The notes beneath the pieces were generated by a model, which was not told the origin of the DNA, searched no databases, and saw only the letters and a list, made by a program, of their open reading frames with translations. From Antedon mediterranea (taxonomy: Eukaryota; Animalia; Echinodermata), in assembly GCF_964355755.1 (NCBI RefSeq), contig NC_092673.1, positions 14,604,948 through 14,668,947 of the forward strand: 64,000 bases of DNA, given 5' to 3'. Position 1 is the stretch's first letter. Each line of letters begins with the position of its first letter. Below, in pieces: positions 1 through 13,040 of the stretch. The position numbers and the translations under genes are program-made.

Positions 1-543
1 TTGGAAGACGGAAGAAAAACCTGGTCGTGGGACTGGAGCTTTAGTCTAAAGGGAATGCCACAAGTTCTATTATTTTTTTAATGTATAGTTTTGTGTACTG
101 GCAGCATAATCAGCATTTATTTTTACCAGATGTCCAGCAAGGGTAATGTCCCATAACTCAGGCCACAATTGTCAGGTCAACCACAAAACAGCCACTCTCC
201 GGAGATATTTCACCTTTTTTATAATATTCATTCCAGTCGTGTTAATGGTCATCTGTTATTTTTCAGCACCACCATTATAGGAGAAGGGGTGCGGTCACCT
301 AGACTTGCTCAGGGTTAGTCATATCTCAAATTAAGATTAGGCTTACCATGAATATGATATGAATTATATAACACAATATGCTACGTACTTCTATAATTTA
401 ATTCTCTTATTTTAGACAATAACTAAATTAATTAGTACATGATTCTAGTTATTGTTATTATTATTTCATTTGTACAGTTCGGGTGTTGTACATCTCATCA
501 TGACATATTTTTACTGCTACACTGTTATTTGACTGTGTTTCAG

Positions 544-3053
544 GTAATCCATACTTGCTTGTATTACAGTAGGTATCCCAATGAAAGCGCACAGAGGGGT
601 ATCACTTTTGAAATATTGACGAAATTCGAAAATGTAGTATGACTTTGATGTTAAATAAATCGTATTCAATCTTAATTAATACTTACAAAATTTATATTGT
701 TTGAAAGTACTTGTTTTAATCTAGTGTGTTTATAATTAAAATTAATGAATTAGTTGCCGAGAAAATGCGATTTTAAAACGGTTCTAAAATCCCGTCGAGC
801 CGATTTCCGCGCGTTGAAAACCTCATCGGAAAATCCCCATCAGTTTTCAAAACACGATCGCACGATTACCATTGGAGCTAGCGGATTAATTTTTGTTGTA
901 TGTTATCAGGCTTTAAATAAGCTTTAATTTGATACAAAAATCGTCTTCTATAAATAGGTTTTTCGTAACGAAAAGTCAATTTTTGTGACAAAAATCCAAT
1001 TTTGATTCACCGTTTATGGAAAAATATTATGGATTTTGGTATTAAATTATAGCTAAATCTACATTGAAATCGATAAAACGTAGTTTACAAACGTATTGTG
1101 CATGGTAATTGTGCGAACTACATTTTAAAATGGTGCATGAGGCGTAAATCCCGTTCAAAATTTTAAAGATCCAACCATTATAATCCGGTGAATATTGTAG
1201 TGAGTAAAATATTGTACTCTAAAATACGCGCGTGTTTGTTGTGGCGTTTTCCGTTAAATACATTAATGCACCCTATCAGCGAATGGTACGTTCCATATTT
1301 TGAACACGTTGTTTAGTTTTTCCTCGCTCGAGTTCGACCGGCTCGACGCGAGATGTGTGACAGCAGCGATGTCGGAGATTGACATGTCCTTTTCCGTCGT
1401 AGAATATCTGGTTTTACACATTAATTTAACAACTTAAAATTGATGTAATGTGCGGAAGATTTATTATGCAAGTATACAATGCAAATGCGTTAGGTTAAAA
1501 TGTACCGAGGAAATTTATTAAGCTAATTTACCAACGTTACACTTGACTCTGTATACGGCGGCCGAAAGTCATTAACTGCGACCGAAATACTTTAACGGGA
1601 GCGACTACTGATCGCGAGTAAGCCGTGATTTGGCCTAAACTTTAGCTCCGTATTTCAATTAATAACGTAATAATACGAAAAGAAAACAATTTTTATAATG
1701 TTATATATACTATTCAGGTAAACAATTAATTGTTTTAATTAACATTGATTATTTTAAATGAGTTTATTTTGACCCATATTGTGCGTTTGCCTTAAAAGAG
1801 CATATCTTACTTAGCAGCCCGGCTTAGATTTGGTGTCATAATCATATGGGCCTAAAATCTTGTTTTACGTATTCAAAAGTTATATATAATAGTATTTATG
1901 ATTGAAATTATAAATATAAAGTATATTAAAATATTCTAATAATTATATTTACCGAAAATTAGTGTAAAAGAAAGGAAACAGTACACACCGTTTTTAACAT
2001 AGTTTTTCATTTTTTTTTTTTATTATACACATCTAAAATATATTTATTAATGAAATATACACTACATTCTAACAAGTACAAAAAAAATTAAATGAATTAG
2101 TACAGTAGTTCAAAAGTTACAGATCATTGAAAAATTGCAGTTTTTTCATTTTTTAGGGAATTCCAGCAAAAATGGGCGTTAAATGCTTTCCTACCACTTT
2201 GCGGACCAATAATTTAAAAAATAGGTTTCGTTGAGGCTCCAAAAAAATAGAGTTGTACAACTCTGTGATATCTATAGGTTTAACAAAATTCAAAACTTTT
2301 AACTAATTATTGTAAAAGTTATAACCTTTTAAAAATGCTTCCAATTTCAACTGCAAAAAACACCATTTTTAGGCAAAAAATCGTATATTTTTTTACCACT
2401 TTAAATAACCATAACTTTAGAACGGGTAACCGGATTTCAATCATTTAAATTGCAAAATGCTAATTACATTAAGTTCGTTATGGTTAACTGAAAGAAAATG
2501 TAAAAAAATTAATCTGAATTTTTTCATTGGGATACCTAATTACAGAGTACCTTACCAAATGGGTGGAACGCAGACCAGAATGACTCCCATACGTGTTGTT
2601 TGCCTACAGAACATCCGAGCACAAGTCTACGAAATGTGACCCATTCTTATTAGTTTATGGTAGAAAGGCTGTGTTGCAGGTGGAATTACGTATTCCCATC
2701 GTTTCGTCTAATAATGACAAAATATCCGAAACTGATCCTTTAAAAATAAGAGTGGACGCTTTTTTGGAAAAAGAAAAAAAAAAAAAAAAAACAAGAAAAA
2801 GGGCATCAGAAAATATAAAAAAAAGCACATAAAAAGCATACACATTATCATGATGCTGGTGTTAAAAGCAACACATACTGTGCAGGAGATAAAGTGCTCT
2901 TGCAGAATTCCAGAAATTTGTCAAGAAAGGGAGGCAAACTTAAATGCACGATGGACTGGTCCATATATTATAGAAAAAGTCCTCAGTCACAATACATATC
3001 GACTAAAAGGAAGAAAGGCTATTGTTAAAGATCAGACATTACAAGTCCGATAA
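544..3053 (+). pseudogene. Gypsy-type/Ginger-like integrase relic, split by a 2 kb DNA transposon and internally deleted
   Basis: Removing the 570-2538 insertion joins GNPYLLV(I)TEYLTKWVE (start of the rve integrase core, one frameshift). This is followed by LFAYRTSEHKSTKCDPFLLVYGRKAVLQVEL and the GPY/F module ARWTGPYIIEKVLSHNTYRL. The central catalytic region is missing. A tttcag acceptor directly precedes GNPY. Confidence 0.75.
570..2538 (+). mobile_element. Non-autonomous TIR DNA transposon (~1.97 kb), copy 1, 7-bp TSD (hATw-like)
   Basis: TIR TAGGTATCCCAATGAAA...TTTCATTGGGATACCTA; flanking duplication ATTACAG (563-569 and 2539-2545); close reverse-complement copy at 13949-15921. Confidence 0.9.
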
Positions 3054-3179
3054 AACAACCTCTTTGAACTGACCATCATCAAGCACTAAACAGAAATTTA
3101 ATACTGACGATAAGCATCTCCCTCCAAAGAAAAGAAAGTAACACCATGAACGTCAGACATCCCACCTGAAGTAACACCA

Positions 3180-3340
3180 TGATAACAGACCTACATCCAA
3201 GAATGATGATATCACACCGGCTGATCACATTAACAACATACCTACATCCAAGAATGATGATATCAAACCGGATGATAACGATAACAGAACTACATCTAAG
3301 AATGATGATATCACACCGGATGATCACATTAACATACCTA
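3180..3340 (+). repeat. ~51-bp tandem repeat, about 3 copies
   Basis: Repeated CTACATCCAAGAATGATGATATCACACCGG core; one frame reads PTSKNDDITPDDH-like, possibly a C-terminal tail of the integrase element. Confidence 0.8.
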
Positions 3341-4275
3341 CAGTACAGTACTGGTCAGAGGACTTTCGACATCCCCACGCGTGTTTCTCTGCTGTTTGTT
3401 TGGAGTGTTTCTGGAGTGTTTATCGAGTAATCGAGCGAGTGCTGACCTCGACCAGCGAAGCGTGAACGTCTTACAATTTACCAACTGTTTTTTCTAGCGT
3501 GCCTATCGAGCGCGACGACCTTGCCCAGCAAAGCGTGAATGTTGTTTCAGTTTACTGACCTATTTTATTCAACCCATGCATTACGTAATTACGACTTTGT
3601 ATAAACGTCTTTAGATTTTCTGGCTGTGATTGTTTATCAACAATACTGTGTATCGATTCTGACATTGATTGGCACATCAAGCCGATTTACTTACAATTTA
3701 TAAAAATAACAGAGCTGTAAATTAGTTAATTACAATTAATTATCGCCGATTAATTATTAGGCCTAGCCTACTGTAGGCTAATCTCCGACAACATATACTA
3801 TAGCCTAGGCCTAGCGTAACCTAGTTAATGTTTTAGTATCTAGGCCTATACTTTTTCCTTTAATTTACATCATCGTCTTTATTGTGGAAACAATTTCTAA
3901 CAAAATAAAATGAATTGATTCTGTTCATTTATTCGTACCAGGCATTGTCGCCCAACAGAATAATCGATACTGGCTCGACCACCGGCGGATGCATGGCATG
4001 CTCAGCATTACCTCCAAAACCCCCAGCCACCACCTGCACGTCACACTCTCTCACCGCGCATCTCTCTCTCTATCGGATCGATAATCACGTGTATGTAGCG
4101 CGTACCCAATTGTTGGCACATCGCCAACTCCTGTTAAAACGCGACGACAAACATTGTTGTCGGTTGTTGCTCGACTCATGCATGCTGCACGTGCTTCTCT
4201 CTCTCTACACGGGCGCGCCTACAATATGGCTTTTGACAAAAACTAATGTGTTATGACATGGAATTATTGGGAGCT

Positions 4276-4358
4276 GGTTGTATGGCTGAATGGGCAGCAA
4301 TGTCATGCTATGGATTTGGGCTAAGGTTCAAACCCAATGGTTAAAACATTTTTTTTTT
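4276..4358 (+). promoter_or_regulatory. Pol III type-2 promoter-like, tRNA-derived relic
   Basis: A-box TGGCTGAATGG (4283-4293), B-box GGTTCAAACCC (4325-4335), then a T-run; no convincing cloverleaf. Confidence 0.4.
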
Positions 4359-5045
4359 ATTGTGGTTTTTGTTTTTTACTCATAATGTTAATAATTTTAT
4401 TATCACTCACTCACTATTCTTTATTGATCCTTATCTTTTCTTATCATTACCTTTAGAACATTTTTCAGAATAACAATAACTACGATATCTTAATCTTAGT
4501 ACTGGTACTGTGTAGTAGATTATACATACAATAACCAATACCAATAGTTTAAAAAATGTTTACAGTATTTTCTATAAAAAATTTAAAGAATTGAAAAAAG
4601 TAAACATTGACAGTAGCCTTCAAATTGGAAAAAAAAACCTATATTTTCAAATCAAAATGTATTGTCCTCATATATAATAATTATGTCATATGTATTAAAT
4701 ATTCTACTGATTCTAGCAATACAATTTCCACTCACACAAACACTCAAACAGTTTACCTTTTAATAGTTAAAAAATTAGGAGTACACACACGAACGCGGAA
4801 TATATTAAACATTTAATTATATCATGATTATATTAATAACATATATATTTTATATAAATATATAATTTGTTAAATATTTTTGTAATTTCATGCTTTACAT
4901 CAAAATGAATAATTGTTAATTCCGAGTTATTAGCCAGGCCATTATTCTGTTCCTTTGCGCGCCCAGTCAGCGGACGGTTCAATCAAATAAGCAGTCGTTA
5001 CTCTGTTTTGTATACTGGGACTCAAATTATAATTTGTTTAAACAC

Positions 5046-6566
5046 ATGCCTTGGTCGTAGCACTTCAAAAAATGTTTCAAATGATTAATTGATCTATTTT
5101 TTTTATTTCAACAGACAATCCACATGAGTTGCGCTCTTTAGAACGCGAACTTCTAAAAAAGGACCAAAACCGAGATGAAAATCGGGAAAGCTCGGATAGT
5201 GAAGTTGAAGAAGATGATTGACGAAATGCCATCAACCAGTAAGGGGTACAAGCCAACGCCAACCATTTCCACTCCAAAAACAACAAACAAAAAGAGAAAG
5301 GGAAAAAAGGTAATTTCTGCCAAATTTATCGATTATTCTACTTGTCATGTTGTCAGCGTTGCCAACTTTAAGTCAATGGCTACCAGATGTCTCTGTGAGA
5401 CAGTTATTTGAACCAGTACCAGTTAACGTCTTCGATGAAAACCCTTAACATTTTAGATGAGAACCATGTTACTACTATAACGCCTCTGTATTGTGTGTAA
5501 ATAATGTGTTGGACCTAATATTTTCAATGTTTTTTTTACACAAATCAATTAAATTTTGTTCATTTTTATTTTGTATTTTTAGGTTCCTAGTGTAATTGGA
5601 AGAAAGAGTTCATCTAATACATCATTGGTGGCAATAAGGCGAGCAAACGAGTGTTTGTACGAGTTAGGTGATATAATCTATGATGATCTGCCTAACGACG
5701 TATCCAGTGACCATGAGCAACACGATGACGTCTTTACTGTGGAGGGTGTGGACAGAGTGATGAGCTATATTGAGCTGAAACATAACGAAATTCCTCCTTG
5801 GTTTACACGCTACTTGACCAACATACAAGGTGTGGTAGCAAATCTCACCGAAAAGATAGAAGACCTCAAAGACGAAGTAATGCAACTTCGAAGGCTTCAA
5901 GCTCCTCCTGAACATCCACCGCAACAATAAGTCCCCCATCGTAATCCGCAACAACAACAAGTCCCCCATCGTAATCCGCAACCACCGCAAATCCCCCATC
6001 GTAATCTGCAACAACAAGTCCCCCATCGTAATCCGCAACCACCGCAAGTCCCCCATCGTAAACTGCAACCACCGCAAGTCCCCCATCGTAATCCGCAACC
6101 ACCGCAAGTCCCCCATCGTAATCCGCAACCACCGCAAGTCCTCCTTGATCAACCTGATGAGAACCAACCTCAACAACCATATCGATGACCGTTAGCCGAA
6201 TTAAATAATTCAGGGAATGACGCCATCATGAATAAAAATGAAATAGCAGAGGTCCACAGATGGGCAACTTCGCCAACAAATTTTGCGTTGGGACTCGTAA
6301 GAAAACTGTTTTCTAAAGAAGTCATGGCTCAAAGCAACGTCAACGGAAAGGTAAAATTAGATTAGGCAATAATCCAATTTGTCAAGGAAAGTGTGTTTCG
6401 CTTTTATTCTGTCCCTTTTTCCGAACAAACCATGACGTGGAAGCAGTGTATAATTGCAATTGATGAAGGTTGTCGACGACTTCGAAGACCACGTAAACGT
6501 ATAATGTACATGCATACAACTCAAACGGCTCTTTTCAGAGCCAACAAAGAAACAAAAGAGATTTGA
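5046..6566 (+). pseudogene. Spliced BEN-domain protein pseudogene (acidic/basic N-terminus, coiled coil, Pro/Gln repeat, C-terminal BEN domain)
   Basis: Exons ~5046-5073 (tentative), ~5115-5309 and 5583-6566. The last exon stays in one frame with three internal stops and ends in SPTNFALGLVRKLFSKEVMAQSNVNGKVKLD*AIIQFVKESVFRFY...WKQCIIAIDEGCRR, matching the BEN pattern. Confidence 0.75.
5931..6140 (+). repeat. 30-bp coding minisatellite (VPHRNPQPPQ), about 7 copies
   Basis: GTCCCCCATCGTAATCCGCAACCACCGCAA repeated in frame within the BEN gene. Confidence 0.92.
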
Positions 6567-6677
6567 TAAGCAAAAAAAAAAATTATAAATTTTAGATCAT
6601 CATACAATTTCAAACACAAAGTAAAAATATTTAATAGTTAAAATACATCAATGGTCTTACATTGTAAATCACATTAA

Positions 6678-8241
6678 TTGGTTATCCGCAACGAAGTTGC
6701 AGGATAACCTCTTGTGATTGTACGAAATCATCATCAACATCATCAACTTTTTATTTCTCTTCTTTCTTTCTGTATGATTTTTGTGGCACGCTTTTCTCTA
6801 AAACTTGCAAACATAACATTTTGTGAACTATGTTAACATTTTGACATTTATGTAACGTCGTCAAGCGAAGCTTTTCATGATGTTTACAATTGCGCAACGT
6901 GACGTACGCGCGATTTAACGATTTTCTCGTATTTAACATATGTCGAAAACCAAATAACATTTTAAAGTGAAACTTTGCAAAAGTTTAATTTATATCATGC
7001 GCTAACTTTCTGTCCAAAAAAATTGCGTGTTTTACACAAAGTTACGCGCGCACGCGCATTTAAAATTTCAAAATGCGCAAAATTAATTTATAATCAACTT
7101 TCTACGCGTTTCATGTCGTTTTTATGTGTGCGGTGCGCACGTAGCATTGAAAACGTATTTTTTTCGCGTGATTTATGTTTTTCTAGCCTTTTCTAGTAAT
7201 TTTACAAAATTTTAAACAATTTCGACTTAAAGATACGTCATACGAGCACGTCGAATTGGACAATTTGCGAGCGTTTTTTATGAAAAGGTTAAAAAATTCG
7301 TTTAAAATATGCCTTTTTTTAAACAGTCGTAATTTCTAAACTAGAAGGTCAACTTTTTGTGGATGACATATTCTGGAAGTAGATGAGTTGTAGATATCGG
7401 ATCAGGTATTAATATGGCTAACCGGACATTGTGACGTCATCGTATGGCCACGCGAATATAAAATTTAGGATTTTTGTATCTTTCGTCATAGCTCATCACA
7501 TTGAATAGAGCGCATCTCCACTTATTCATTTTCCATTTTCACCCCAATTTTGAAATTGTCTAGGTCAATCAACTATCTTTCGCATGAGTTAAAAATATTT
7601 TAATTTTTTTGACGTCATCATGCCTAAAAATTTAAATCACGTGTGGCATCAATTTCATCTTTACAGTAAATTTTAATCTGTTATAGCTCGTAAGAATAAA
7701 ATGTGATAATCACGATTAAAACTTTTTCTGGAAGCTATTGGATTGTAGATACGAAATTATGTAAAAATGTTGCCAATCGGATGTTGTGACGTCATCATAT
7801 GGCCAGTTAAATAAAAAAGGTCGTATTTTCATCTTTTGCGTCATAATTCATTACATTTAAAAGAGCGAGCATCAATATTTCACGTATTCAAATTTCTTCT
7901 ACACGCTAATACGTTGTTGCTGAGATAATTTCCTTTCGGAATTGCTACCTTCGCGTTTCATTTTAAAACCGTCAACATGTTAAAAATTGCAATAAATAGC
8001 GGGTCCCGTAATTTCACCTATTCTACACTGTATGTGATATGGATACAGATTATACTGTGTATACTATATATGAATTTAAATAATAAAATTCAGCAATAAC
8101 AACATATCATATTCTTCAGTTCAGGTCATAATGCCAACGTGAACACTTCCTTTTGTCCTCAACCTATCCCCTTTATGTTAATGTTGCACCACTTGCGCGG
8201 CGGATAACCAAACTCGTCAAAGTGACGAGTTACATGTCTAG
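6678..8241 (+). mobile_element. Non-autonomous Helentron/Helitron2-type element (HINE/DINE-1-like)
   Basis: 5' GGTTATCCGC with a nearby inverted GGATAACC, then a short CATCAT microsatellite; 3' subterminal GCGGATAACC, hairpin AACTCGTCA-AAG-TGACGAGTT and CTAG end; T-flanked, no TSD. Confidence 0.75.
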
Positions 8242-8687
8242 TTGTTTATTTGTTATATTTAAGGGCTGAAACTGTTCTTATTTTAATAGGCCTAAATTAC
8301 TTAATTTAATGATACTTCTGATAATATAATTTATCTAACTAAATAGCACATTCAAATGTGTGTTACCATAAATGGAATACTGTACCAAAACAATCAAATT
8401 ATTAATTAGACTTATAAGCGTAAATTAACATATAGGCCTATACAGATTAAAGCTAACGTAGACCTACAGATCAACCCATACACATACCAACTCGTATCCA
8501 AATTTTGGCTCACTCGTACCCAACATTTTTTGGCTTACCCCTACCATCATGTAGATAATATAGTCATATAGGTCCAGAGCCAACGGACTAGCCTAGGCCT
8601 ACTGCTATGCAAAATCTAGCTACAGGCCTACCTAGTCTACTTTCTACTGATTATTGATAGTCTGATTTAATGGTACTGAGCTATTAA

Positions 8688-9159
8688 GGGTGTGTAGAAA
8701 GCGACGACCTCGAATTGGACGACCCCAACGACCCGGGCGACCTTGAATTGGATGACCTAGAATTGGACGACCCATAACACGAAACCGACGACCCCTATTA
8801 GCCTAGCCTAAGCCTAAGTGTGGTATAACATCCCAAAGCTGAACTAGCCAAAGATCTTTAAACCATACCTTATATAATACTCGCAAGCAAGCAATTGATT
8901 GAAAAAATACAGAAATATCGCCATTTGATACTGAATTTGTCGACACAAACAAACGAACAGATATGGAACGCCAAGAGTGCATCGTTAAAACTGCATTCGA
9001 CTCGATTAATTACATCTCGTCTTCTTATAACGAACACTATAGGCCTACCAAGCAGCGTGTTGCGAACATGTGCGGGTCGTCCAATTCTAGGTCGTCCAAT
9101 TCGAGGTCGCCCGGGTCGTTGGGGTCGTCCAATTCAAGGTCGTCGCTTTCTACACACCC
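8688..9159. mobile_element. Mutator-like MITE (472 bp)
   Basis: ~88-bp TIRs starting GGGTGTGTAGAAAGCGACGACC with internal GAATTGGACGACC repeats; 10-bp TSD GAGCTATTAA (8678-8687 and 9160-9169). Confidence 0.9.
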
Positions 9160-9529
9160 GAGCTATTAATTATACTAAAGGCCTAATAGAGGGTACTGTA
9201 GTAAGGTACAGTGGTATGTCTAACTTTGGTACATACAGAGGCATAGGTAGCCTTGGTTGGTTGTCCTCGGTAGGCTTTTGTTTTTCTTTTGACAATCTAA
9301 TAAGGGACTGGGGAGGGAGAAGGAATGAGTTAATCAGACTTAAATGTTTTAGATAAACTGAGAGTAATATGCAAAGTATTTATAAATGACAATTCCACTA
9401 CGATTCGACTGTAGTACAGCATTCATGTTGTACAGTAGTTCACATTATGAAACTAGAGGTTTTCATTTTGCATTTAATAGTTATATGTTAATTTAATGAA
9501 TTTAGACATTTTGTGTCAAATCATTACAG

Positions 9530-10976
9530 ACACTTCAGCACCTGACTCATCTAGTGGCAGACATACTCAAAATACTGCTTGATATTTTGCGAGGTATTGG
9601 TCATCGTTTAGAAATAAAAGTACCATGCAAACCCACTTTGGTCAGGTCATACAGGGCGTCCCAGGTATGATATGTGTTTAAATAAATGATCCTTTAAAAA
9701 TCATGTAATAAAAAGTCATTTTTTAAATATATATTTAAAACATCAGTTGGTTCAATGTTTCCTGTCAAGGTTAGGCCATTGGCGAAGATTTTGAAAATAA
9801 ATGGACCCAGAGTATAAAAAAAACTACTTGATACTCAATTGGATTTGTCTATAAGCCTGTTGGTTCTGTCTATCTCAAAGTAATATATCCTGTAGAATCA
9901 ACCAAATTACACTATAGTTTTAATTAAATACAAAAATTATTAATTTTTTTAAATAATTTTATTATGCTATAAGTTGATTTTCCCGATTACACTATAGTTT
10001 AAATTAAATACAAAAATGTTTAATTACTTATTTATACCTTATACCCTTATATGGCTGGTATTGTTTTGATTTATTATAACACACTGCCGTACATGATTTT
10101 GTACTAATGAATGAAAAATGAAAATTTTCATAATACTGTGGTTAATAATCATGCAACCTTGCAAACTAGACTAAGTATTACATTTGTTTTTTTAGGTCGA
10201 AAAAATATTTGTTCCACGTGCGCGTATTAGAAAACGTCTAAATATTATTGATCCTGTTGGACGAGCTTTGCGATAGAGATCCACAATTGTGAGAAGAACC
10301 TACAATGTAACTGTTCCAAATCAACTATGGTATGTATGCATCTCCATGTTTTTTACTATGATATTACTTAACTCAGTACTTGTATGCAAATGTAAGGCAT
10401 TATTCAGGGCGTTTATATATGGTTTTATATAAAACGATCTGTTTAATTAATGATATCTACAAACAAAACTGTAACTACCTATATTAAGCTTGTTGAAACC
10501 TAATCAACTTTCATTAGTTTACTTAAATGTTAGATATTTCTAGACATTTTTAGGTTTAAGACTTTTGTCTGCATAAATAAAAGCATTTATATAAAGTCAT
10601 ACAGACAGACATACATACATTTTATTTGACCTTTTGGTAATAAATAGACATTTTGTATGTTATGCGATTTTACTTCTTTTTTTTTTGTGCAAAATAATTA
10701 GTACCTGTACAGTATACACATTTTTTAATAAAATAAATTTTGTTAATGATAAACTGTGCGCAATGTTTTGAAAGCCAATGCACCTTGGCAAAATGTAATT
10801 TATCTTCTCGGTTTTTTACAGGCATATACATTCCAACCACAAACTTATCTCATGGAGGTTTGTCTTTCATGGATGTATTGATCGGGAAACAAGATGTGTT
10901 ATTTATTTAAAAGTTGCATCAAACAACACGGCAGGACAAGTTTTACAGTATTTTGAAAAAGGTTGCACAGACTTTA
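9530..10976 (+). pseudogene. IS3EU-like DDE transposase relic, intron-containing
   Basis: Exons 9530-9664 (ends GHTGRP), 10196-10329 (RARIRKRLNIIDPVGRALR*RSTIVRRTYNVTVPNQLW) and 10822-~10976 ([37 protein letters not shown]). These match the PNxLWHIDGNHKL...HGCIDG motif; there is a stop codon and the first catalytic Asp is lost. Confidence 0.75.
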
Positions 10977-11294
10977 GTACTTTTGGTATTTTTAAGAAAT
11001 CTATTCTTCGTACTTTTAAATGTTGTATTTTTTTATTTTTAAATATATATAAATATACTGTATTTTAAATTTAAGAGGTTGTGACAAAATCCTTATTAAT
11101 ATTATAATCTTATTTATAATACTAAATTTTGATGTTTTAATATGTAAGTGTATAAACAATTTTTAATGGTTTTATAATAACGGTATATAATAAGCCAAAT
11201 TCTTAATAATGAAACTGAATATGAATTTAACTACCTTTTAAAACTGTATCCATACTTTTATATATCTATGTCACTTTTTGTCTGTCTTGATGTA

Positions 11295-11350
11295 TTTATG
11301 TAAAGCGCCTTTGAGCATGTTTTTTTCATGAAAAGGGTGCTACATAAGTA
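11295..11350 (+). mobile_element. L2-clade LINE 3' tail fragment
   Basis: GTAAAGCGCCTTTGAGCAT...AAAAGGGTGCTACATAA resembles the L2 3' stem-loop. Confidence 0.5.
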
Positions 11351-11559
11351 CGCGTACGCTACTTGAAAGATATCTCTTAATTGTTGTTATTATTTGACAA
11401 TATTTGGACTTTTATTTGGTGTTGAACTCATAGTGATAAACAAGGAACTCATATAAAAGGAAAGTACACTTTTTATTACAGAACCCATTGTTAGATCCAA
11501 GTGATTTAGACCTTCAACGCCTAGGCCCACGGATAGAAAAAATATCTATACAGGGTTAG

Positions 11560-13040
11560 TTTGGCCCTTTTCATTGCTGGGACGATCGTACCGCGTCTTT
11601 TCTGCCTTCTAATCGGCCAATCAGTGCAAGGCGTCGTTGTGCTAGGCAACAGTACTTTCTATTGTCTTCATTTGTCCATTGAAATCGTACAAATACCACT
11701 GCATAGCGAAATGGCTAATGCAACAATGCAACACATAGCAATGGCTGACAAACTAATTAAATCCAAGAAAACTAAAAAGAAAAAGGTTTATGCTGTTGCT
11801 GTCGGGAAACAACCAGGTATCTATTTATCCTGGCTGGAATGCCAAGCAAACACTGATGGCTATCACGGAGCTTTATTCCAATCATTTTTTAGTGTTGAAA
11901 AAGCCGAAAAATATCTCAGCGAAAATGGGGTGTGCAATGACTTAGAATGTACTGATGCAACTAAAGTCAATGATGCTGAAGTGGAACTACCTTTAGTAAA
12001 TACAGCTATTGAAAGTAACAAAATAGATACTGAATCATATGTAATGATACATTACATGACCTGGTTACCACTGATGTAAATGACCTACAAAACATCCATT
12101 CCGCTTGCACTCAATCACATTTTGATCACTCATTAGCTTCTCCAAATCTATCTGATTTGCTAAAAGAAAACTTCGAACTCAAAATTAAAATGTCTGAAAA
12201 TGAAAATAGAGTCCTGAAAGATAAATTACTAGCTAAAAACAATGATTGTGCTATTTTGGTTGAAGCTGTAAAAGATATTCGATGTGAGCTTAATGAATTT
12301 AAAAAAGAGGTTAAATCCCTACAAGAAAATAGAAAATTCAAACAGAATATGAATATTAAATTCAAAGCTCTTAAGTCCGATGTAACACATTTGCAGCATA
12401 CTTTACAACTTTTGCAGCAAAAAGATAAGGAAGTGACAAAACTACACGATCTACTTATGTCAGCTCGCAAAGATGAAGCATACGATGCGAAACTAACCCA
12501 AGTTGCTATTGACACATCTGACTTTATTACTGTGAAGGGGCATAGTGTTACACAACATAAAACCTGTCCCCAACTTGGTCTGCACGATAGATGTTCCTCT
12601 CCTCAAGAACAGTCTATACATCTGACCTCATTGGACCTCCCAAAACAAAATCGGTCTAATGTAGAACCAAATTGTGACAGTAAAGCTATTTTGCAAAACT
12701 GTTGATACTTTTAAAAAATTATTAAAAACACATTTAACATTTATTCATTAAGGCATATGGAAATCATGAGGTTTCTTAAAGTTCTAGAATTTTATTATAG
12801 TATACTTTTTCCTGACCAGCATTATCTTTGGGGTGCCTCTGTCTTGGTTGTTGTCTCTGAGCACCCGGTCGTCTGTGGCAAGGCAAATATGTATCCTGCC
12901 GGGACCGCGACAGAACGAGAACGGATGGGGACCCTCCAAAGAAATTGCATTTTATTTGTCAGGCATTTGTATGATTTTTTTTTGATTTTTTTTTAATGCG
13001 CCTTGAGCACTCTTGAGTGGTATGTGCGCTATAAAAATCC

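Noticed and set aside
5664-6180. Minus-strand ORFs of 170 and 104 aa
   Set aside because: Antisense read-through of the 30-bp minisatellite; the plus-strand BEN frame explains the region
8895-9356. 153-aa Arg/Gly/Pro-rich ORF
   Set aside because: Runs through the repetitive TIR of the Mutator-like MITE
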